The translations under genes and the position numbers were made by a program. From Octopus vulgaris (lineage: Eukaryota), in NCBI GenBank assembly GCA_951406725.2, contig OX597838.1, positions 42,470,001-42,534,000 of the forward strand: 64,000 bases of DNA, given 5' to 3'. The notes below the pieces were generated by a model. It worked only from the letters and a program-made list of their open reading frames with translations. It had not been told where the DNA came from and made no database searches. Positions 55,880-64,000 of the stretch are shown piece after piece (the first letter of the stretch is position 1; each line of letters begins with the position of its first letter).

Positions 55880-56610
55880 TGAAATTATTGTATACAGTGC
55901 CCAGGTGCACCGCAACTTGACAGAAAGTGCATATAAAGTGTATGCTGTAATGTAGAAATGTCTGGAAAGTGAACAGTGTATGAGTCAGATACATGCTTGC
56001 ATGTGTATGGAGGGGAGAAGATCAGGTGTAGTGTTGGCGAATCTCAGGAAGCATGGAAGTTTTGAAGGATGCAGTGCTCCAACAACTAACAACTGATGCC
56101 GGCAGTTTGTTCCATGCTTCAGCAACTCTCAGCGTGAAAAAATGTTTCCGAAAGTCATGGGAGCTGTGCTGTTTTCTGACTTTGTAAATATGCCCACGGG
56201 TGTTAGACGGGTGGAGTTTGAAAAGGTGCTCAGAGTTATTGTTTGTAAGATGGTTAATAATTTTATGGGTGTCTGCCAAGTCAGCTGCCAGATGTCGGAG
56301 TTTCAATGCATCCATGCCCAGAGAAGTAAGGCGTTCAGAATATGGCAAATGCCTGATGGAGCGTATTCACTTGGTTACACATCACTGAACGGTTTCCAGA
56401 CGATTAATATCCTGGGCAAGATAGGGGTACCAGACCGGTGATGCAAATTCCAGGTGAGGCCGAACCATAGCTACATAAAGCCGCAGATAGATAGCCGGAG
56501 AGTGGCTCACAAAGGACTTGGTGAGTGATGCCAAGACACCCTCAGCCTTCCAGGCAATTTTAGCGATGTGTTTTGTCCAACGCAAATCGCTGTTGACAAT
56601 ACGAAGACAA
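55880..56610 (-). mobile_element. CR1-clade LINE 3' fragment
   Basis: SDLRWTKHI...LYVAMVRPHLEFASPVWYPY...RLETVQ and YSERL..LG...TRGH...RKHFFTLRVAEAWNKLP. Followed by an ATT tract. Confidence 0.92.
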
Positions 56611-57166
56611 AAAGTAGGTAATGGGTGTATATACATATTTCAGGAGTTTTTGTCCTTTCTTCAGCATCAACAGCCAAGCCATTAGCCATTCAAGACCATT
56701 TTACTTAAAAAGTTATTGAATAGCACTGCTAATACAATATTGATGTTTAAAACTTTCATATACTTTATGGTTGCATAACGAAATATTGTGTCCCTCCCAG
56801 CAATTCATACGTACGTAAATAATTACCAGTAATGTGTTTATTATGAAAAATCGGTATATTTGGTGGATATTTAAGCAATGTGTTTGTGAATGGTTAATGG
56901 GTTGGAATATGGTACTGAAGAAAGATCAAGAACTCTTGAAATATGCCTATATACCCATTACTTATTTTGCTGTCTTTGATCAAATTGTTTACACAGACAT
57001 ATTTGTATATGAAATGTCGTAACCAATCAGCACTGGCTCTAATTTCAATAGAAAATCCGTAGAGATAACTTTAAAAAGTCAAATTGTTTCTAGTAAAGCC
57101 CAACAACAGCATGAGAAGAACTGGACCAAGAAGTGAGGGTATTGATGTGCCTAGTTTGTTTTGTAG

Positions 57167-57284
57167 ATTGTCAGAGATGAAGAAACAGCAAGCAGATTGG
57201 CAATGCATCATAAAGATGAAACTAGAGAAAATCAAGAATCACTTGAAAATAAAGAACAACAACCAAACAGACCAGATTCCCCAG
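57167..57284 (+). CDS. Ankyrin-repeat protein, exon G
   Basis: Acceptor gtttgttttgtag|, donor CCAG|gtgaaa. IVRDEETASRLAMHHKDETRENQESLENKEQQPNRPDSP. Phase 0 in, phase 1 out. Confidence 0.65.
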
Positions 57285-60200
57285 GTGAAATTTTATTCTT
57301 CTCACACCTGATGATTTCTGTCTTTGTCTTCTTTCCAGCTTCTCCCACCTGTTCTTATATAATGCAGCAGCAAGCTACCTATGCCTGTGCCTCTCTCCTA
57401 CTTCAGCCTCTTGACACTGGACATGAAGCCATCTCCCACTTTACTGTAATCCCCAATTGGTCAAAGGAGTCTTTTCCTTTGACTTGTGAATTAATTGGCT
57501 TCTCCTTGAAACTGGTATCATGGAAAGAGCAACCAGTACACTCTGTAAAGTGACTGGCATTAAGAAGGGTATCCAGCCATAGAAACCATACCAAAACAGA
57601 TATTGGAGCTTATTAGATCCTGACACACAGTCCAACCCATGCCAGCATGGAATATGGACATCAAATGACGATGATGATTTAGTTATGTGATGTCCTAAAC
57701 TCCACTTTTACTCCTTTTAGGGATTCAACCAGGAGACACTATATTCATTTTGTGTTGTCTTCTTGGCTGTTAAGAAGCTTTCATTCCAGCCCTGCAATTT
57801 TACAAAAAGGCATTTAATCAAACGATATTCCTAATCCATAAACTGGTAAATCTTATTTTGCCATGGAACCTAACTTTTGAGCAATGGGGATTATTCAAAC
57901 AATGGTGCATTGATGACATTCAGATACTAATTATTAACCCTTTACTCTGCAGTTCAGCACCCACCCTGTTGACCCTAGTAATTTGTGGGTTTGGTTCTCA
58001 CTGTTGTTGCTGTTGTTGTTGTTATTGTTGCCATTGTTATTGTTGTTGTTGTCATGGTTGTAATATTTTGCTTTTGTTGTTCTCACTGTTGCTGTTGCTT
58101 AACTCCAAGTCAGTTCCAGTTGAGTAGGCCTATGATGAAAGACATTCCAGTTATGACCATTCCATCCTCTTCCTAGTCATTCTATACCTAGGACTATATT
58201 ATTTGATGTGTCACTCTCTTTCCATGACAATGTGGTATAATTTGAAAAAGGTTTGTTTACTATTTCTAGCATGTCAAACGACCAGTTTGTAGTGCCTGCT
58301 TTGTCTCATTGTCGTATGGCTGCATGTTTAAACAGTGGAATAAGCCATGGAAAGATGTCGTTATAGTGGTCTATAAACTAAGTTATACCACAGTTATATA
58401 TAGGACCATAACAGCTAGTTGGTGAGGGTCATCCCTGTTCCTGAATAACATCTATCTATATAAACTGCAATGGGGTTGCCTATCAGAAAAGCTTCTAACC
58501 TAGATATTGTGGTAAAGAAACTCTCAGATATTCTCCTTTAATTCAATAAGACCTGTATGACCAGCTGCCACAGTTGATGTGGGGCCAGGAATGGATCTAA
58601 GTAGAATGAATAGGAATTATATTTTACAAGGGGTTTATTTCAACATTTGTTTCATCTTTAGTCTAAATGCTTGTCTGTTCTATCATGGGGGGGGGCGGTT
58701 AATTATTATTGTAGATAAATATAATATCAAAAGAGCAGGTCAGGTGTCATAGAAAACAGTAGTTCCAAGTAAAATAGAAAGCAGTTTGTATGTTTTTATA
58801 AACCAATAGCTCATGCGTTAGAATAGAACAGCAAGTTGCATAAATATGTTTGTAGGTATTTGTTGTATATAAATATTCATGGATCAATGTTCAGTATGTG
58901 ATTTTTGTGGAAAAAATGTGCTATATCAGATATATGTGAATTGCACTAGTTTCTCCTTTTAGAGTGGCACAAAAAAAAAAGTAATAATAATAATAAATAA
59001 AAAGGAAATAAATAAACATAGTTATTACAAGAACTATCAGAAATAATTTACTGCTTTGAGTATTTGTTCAGCTAAGCATGCATTTTGTATTGGGACAAAT
59101 AGAAAAAATACTCTTTTTGAAATAGCGATTCTATTGTTACAACGGATAAAAAAGATTGTATTATCAAAAGCTGTAATGGTTTGTGGCTGTAAGCAGTAAT
59201 GCCTTATAACAGTTATGTAAGCTACAATGGCTGGTAACAGTAGTATGCAAGCAGTGCAGTGAATTGGCCAAACTGTTAGAGGAATTATGCATGATGCTTT
59301 GCAATATCTGTTTTGGTTCTTTGTGTTCTGACAGCAAAGCCTGCAATGACACAAGTGTCAAGCGGTACCAGATTTAACCAGCTGCATATCTCTTGGATAA
59401 ACATTGATTGATTGATTGTATGGAGACATGTTGAGATTTTCCTTGGACATGGCATGAAAACTCACCAATGTCTCAAAGGAATGAGTGTCGTGGTGTTCAG
59501 TTACATCCAACAAACACTGAAGTTTTTCCCCAAATCCAGGGTTTTTATAACTGCTCAACTTGACTTTAAAGAATCGAAATTACATACAAATATTCTTTAA
59601 ATAACTCTTAGAATCCTTATATGAGCAGTTATATTAACCAATGGAAAAACGACAATAATATTTCTTCGACAATACGTGACATTACGTCATATTGCCAGCT
59701 ACCACAAATTGGCACCTTATTTAAAAATGGCTACTTGCTACAGACAGAACATATGTATAGGCCAGATTTCATCAAAAGAATTTTGCGCCCCCACATTTTT
59801 GGGAAGATGTATGGTCAACTTTGACTGATGGAGCCTCCACCCACTTCCATCTAATAATACAATGTTCATCTTAACAACTAGAATCGAGTCAAAACAATAC
59901 TTTGTATTGTATAAAACAACCTGCACCATACAAGAAGTCCTAAAGGCCTACATCTGTGCTGCTGGTTGTCCGTCTCTGATGTAAAAAATGGTTTTCAGAA
60001 AGTATTTATTGATGTTGAGGATATTGACAAGCATCTTCTGTAAACAACATTTATATAAATGTGGATATATCAACACTGCCATCATCAATTAACATCCAGT
60101 TTTCCATGTTTGCTTGGGTCAGGCAGGTGTCACCAACCTTTACCTGTTTCCAAGCAAGGTAATAAATATTTCTCCATGGCCAGGTAGTGTTTCTCATGGA

Positions 60201-61102
60201 AGATTGGAAACAAACAACATTGCTTGCATGATAATGATGCTTGTTTACAACCATCACGTAATGTCAAGGGTACACACACATTCACAGATATCTGAAAAAT
60301 AAATAGACACCGTCATTTGTTTTGATCTCTTTTGAGGGGGAGGGGTTATGAATGATTTATTCCTAGAATCAAAATAATGTCATTTGATGCATTTAAATAC
60401 TTAATCTAGTATTTAAAAAACATAATGCCCTGTGTAGTTTTTAATGATTTAATTAATTTGGACATCATACTAATGAGTAGTGTCCACACAGATAATAAGG
60501 TATAATTAGGAGTGTCTATTTACTTTCAAGATGTCTGTACACATATTCACACACACACACATGCACACACGCATGCAGATACCCCCTACATGCATACACA
60601 CACACACACACAAACATCTTTCAGTTTCTGTCTAAATCCACTCAAAAGGTTTTGGTCAATCTGAGACAAGAACAGAATACATTTGCCAGAGATGCCCCAC
60701 TGTAGAACTGAACTCAAGACCATATGGTTGAGAATCGAGCTTCTTAACTATACAGTCACACCTATGCCTATGTTTGTAATTAGAAATAAGAACTTAGTTT
60801 CGTTAGACTTTTGGCTTAATGATTCCACACCCTCAGAACACATGTTAATTATTTATTGCAGAGGGTTTTTTTATTCCCCAGCTCCACTCTCAGACTAAAC
60901 AAATTATTCACCCTTCTCATTACTCCTTTGTATCTGAGTACAACATGGTAAGAGAGAGAAAATTGCTAGCACTGGACTTTTCTGGTCCCTTAAAAGAAAG
61001 TCTACATAGCAAATCAGTTCCGTTGAAATGGGACAAAATCGAATGTATATAGATTGGTTGATCCATGGTTTTATCATACATCATATTTGTTATTATAGAC
61101 GC

Positions 61103-61530
61103 AAGCATGGCTGTTCTGTTAAGGAATTCACTTTGCAACCACGTGTTTTCAGGTTCAGTCCCACAACACAATACCTTGGACAAGTGTCTTCTATTATGGC
61201 CAGAGCCTGGTGAGTGAATTTGGTAGATGGAAACTGTGTGGAAGCCTATTTTATATTTATCTTCACTTAATACTGTCTCTGCTGCTAATATATGCCTATT
61301 ATGTGTGTGTGTGTGTGTGTGTATTAATGTATGTGCACGTGTGTGTTTGTCCCCTCATTCCCACTGCCTGGCAACTGGTGTTGGTTTGTGTTCATTCCCA
61401 AAACTTAATGGTTCAGCAAAAGATATTGATAGACTTAGTACCAGACTTTAAAATATGAAGTACTGGCATCAATTTGATCAACTAAGCCCTTCAAAGCTCC
61501 AGTATGACCATAAGTTCTATGAAATAAGTA
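61103..61530 (+). mobile_element. SINE family A copy
   Basis: Head, (TG)n and tail. An inverted partial copy lies at ~60615-60770. Confidence 0.8.
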
Positions 61531-62117
61531 AAAAAAAAAATGAAAGACAAACCAATACGTCTAAATTCAGTACATTTACTGTCACAAATAGATACATTTT
61601 CTCTGCTACAGTTTTTGTACTTTTACAAATCTCATTTCAATAATTTTCATACTTATTAACCCATGTTGTATTCCTATTGATCATAATTAATGAATTAATG
61701 CTTTGCATATTTTTATTAAACATAAATGAGAAAAGACTTTGGCTCTTTTAATGACCCTTTTTCCTTTTTTCCGTTTCATTCTATGTTCTTTACATGTACG
61801 TCTAGCACTCATTGTTGTCTTTCTTTACTCGACTTATGCGTCCACTTTCTGTGCCCTCTTTTAACTTTTTCCAATGAGTTGTAGTGCACCTTACCTGGCA
61901 GAATTGTTACCACATCAGACAAAATGCTTTGTGGCAATTCTTCCAGTTCTTTGTGTTCTGACTTCAAGTACCACCAAGGTTAGCTTTAACTTTCATCCTT
62001 TCAGGGACCAATAAAATAAATTACCAGTCAAATGCTAGGGTCAATGTAATCAAGTAACCCACCTACCCTTATAATTCCTGCCCCTTGTGCTAATATTAAA
62101 AAGAATTTATTATTATC

Positions 62118-62682
62118 ATGAAACCTCACAACTTATTTTGGTGGATATGATGGAAAGTGTCAGCTGTCCACAGCCGGCAGACTAAGGTGACACTTGTTTA
62201 CTAGACATGCTTCAAGAACCCTGCCAAGAATTCTTGCAGTTCCAAGCAATGCTTATTTTTCTAGGTGTTCTACCTTCAAACTTGTACCAATCTTTTTCAG
62301 TCAAACTGATAGTTGAGTGCTGATACTTCCAACTGCACCAATTACTACTGGTATCATGTCTACTCTCCTCATTGACCTCAACCTTCCTATTTCCCACTTC
62401 AAATCATCATAGTTGTTCAATTTCTCTTCTTCTTTCACATTGTCATTGGGTCATGCTACGTCAACTATCATGCATGTTCTTTCTTTTTTAAATTCACCAC
62501 AACAATGTCCAGTTTCCAACATCTGGTCAGGTGATTGCACTGAATCATTGCATCCCACAGGATTTTGCAACTCTCATTCTCAGTGATTCCTTCTGGGATT
62601 TGTTCATACCACGTCTTTGCTCTTTGTAGGCCGTAATTTCCACAGAGCTCCCAATGGAACATTCTTGCCATATTGTCATGTG
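62118..62682 (-). mobile_element. R4/Dong-clade LINE endonuclease-domain fragment (decayed, different subfamily)
   Basis: HDNMARMFHWELC..YG...WYEQIPEGITENESCKILWD...DIVVVN and IPVVIGAVG...LLGTARIL motifs. Confidence 0.85.
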
Positions 62683-62865
62683 GTCTTTATCATCATCATC
62701 ATTATATTGTTTTAATTTTGTATGATATACCAGTTGTATTTGATATTTTAAATACGACATTGAAAGAATGTGGAGGACAGGATATTTTATGGCAGAGTGG
62801 TTAGGGTAGGAAGAACACCTAACCCTATAGACTATGACAATAACTCATAAACTACTTTTAACATA

Positions 62866-63248
62866 GGCATGGCTGTGTGGCTAAGAAACTTGTTTTACAA
62901 CCATGTGGTCGGGGGTGGGGGTGGGGGTGCAGTTCAGTCTCACTGTGCAGCACCTTGAGCAAGTGTCTTCTACTTTAGCCCCAGGCTGACCAATGCTTTG
63001 TTACACAGAAACTGTGTGGAAGCTCATTGTGTGTGTGTGTGCCTCTGTGTGTCCCTGTCATACACACACACACCTTACTAATTTTCAGCTGGTATTGGTT
63101 TGTTTACAGCCCTGTAGCTAAGAAATTCAGCAAAGGCACTGACAGAATAAGTACTAGAAACATATCAGTGCTGGAGTTGACTTGTTCAATAAAAACCCTT
63201 CATGGTGGTAGCCCAGCATGGCCACAGTCTAATGATAAAGGATAAAGA
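62866..63248 (+). mobile_element. SINE family A copy
   Basis: ggcatggctgtgtggctaagaaac head and ccagcatggccacagtctaatg tail. Confidence 0.8.
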
Positions 63249-63255
63249 CATTGAT

Positions 63256-63410
63256 CTTCTTCTTCTTCTTCTTCTTCTTCTTCTTCTTCTTCTTCTTCTT
63301 CTTCTTCTTCTTCTTCTTCTTCTTCTTCTTCTTCTTCTTCTTCTTCTTCTTCTTCTTCTGCTGCTGCTGCTGTTGCTGCTTTTCTTCTTCTTCCTCCTCC
63401 TCCTCCCCTT
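63256..63410. repeat. (CTT)n/(CTG)n microsatellite
   Basis: Directly visible. Confidence 0.98.
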
Positions 63411-63892
63411 CCTCTGCATCACATCACTCACGGACATCAGCTCCAACTCAAGAGCACAGACTGCCTTTTATTGGAGTTTTCATGGCTTCACTCTCAGACC
63501 AGCTGCAAGGTTTGCCAGTCCACGTGCAGGATGTTATTATGAGACACCATTCGCACGGCTGGCTATTGGCTCACAATGAGTTCCTCCATCTTTTGAAAGG
63601 TCTTATTTTCAGTTCTGCACAGTGTCCACAACATCCTCCACACCTGGCAAGCCAGATAGTGGGGGTGAGGTGGGGAGAGTGAAGGCCAGTTTAGTCACTG
63701 ACCACCATCTGACCATGAAACAGGTAGTACTGGGATACATGGTACCAGAAGCAGGATTTTCCTCACTTGACCTGAATCAAAATAAATAGGTCATATGATG
63801 GCCAGATGGATTTTAATTGCAGTGACTCAGTCTCTTGTTGGGTCGCAACCAGTCCTCTTCCTAATTCTAATTTTCTTTTAATTTTATTGCAG

Positions 63893-64000
63893 TCTTGTCA
63901 AACACTAATGAAGAACAGGAATCTGTAACGGAAGAATTAGATTTAGCCAGGAATGAAGATGTCAGCCCTGATTTGATGCCAACCCAGTGGGAATCGGAGA
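63893..64000 (+). CDS. Ankyrin-repeat protein, exon H (runs off window)
   Basis: Strong acceptor ttttcttttaattttattgcag|. Phase 1 start gives (V)LSNTNEEQESVTEELDLARNEDVSPDLMPTQWESE, open to the window end and matching the exon G phase. Confidence 0.7.

Overview
AT-rich, repeat-dense animal genomic DNA. The SINE/LINE/microsatellite repertoire suggests a coleoid cephalopod, probably Octopus; this is an inference. One host gene can be reconstructed: a + strand, multi-exon ankyrin-repeat gene with eight phase-compatible GT-AG exons (20445 to past 64000). It encodes about 7 ankyrin repeats followed by a low-complexity, acidic tail, and its 5' end was not found. The rest is intron or intergenic DNA with tRNA-derived SINEs, RTE, BovB-like RTE, CR1, Tx1/L1 and R4/Dong LINE fragments, a Gypsy integrase, a mariner remnant, a piggyBac-like MITE, foldback hairpins and very long microsatellites. 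The most notable structure is at 23719-34655: a head-to-head pair of a composite element made of a tRNA-like head, an internal (TAA)n tract and a tail with a degenerate hammerhead-ribozyme core. In one copy the TAA tract has grown to about 9 kb and holds two R4/Dong insertions. In the other it holds an RTE tail and a Tx1 fragment. A young RTE with a PHD finger inside its reverse transcriptase and a six-fold tandem, hairpin-rich 3' UTR is also present. Most ORFs in the supplied track are microsatellite artefacts.
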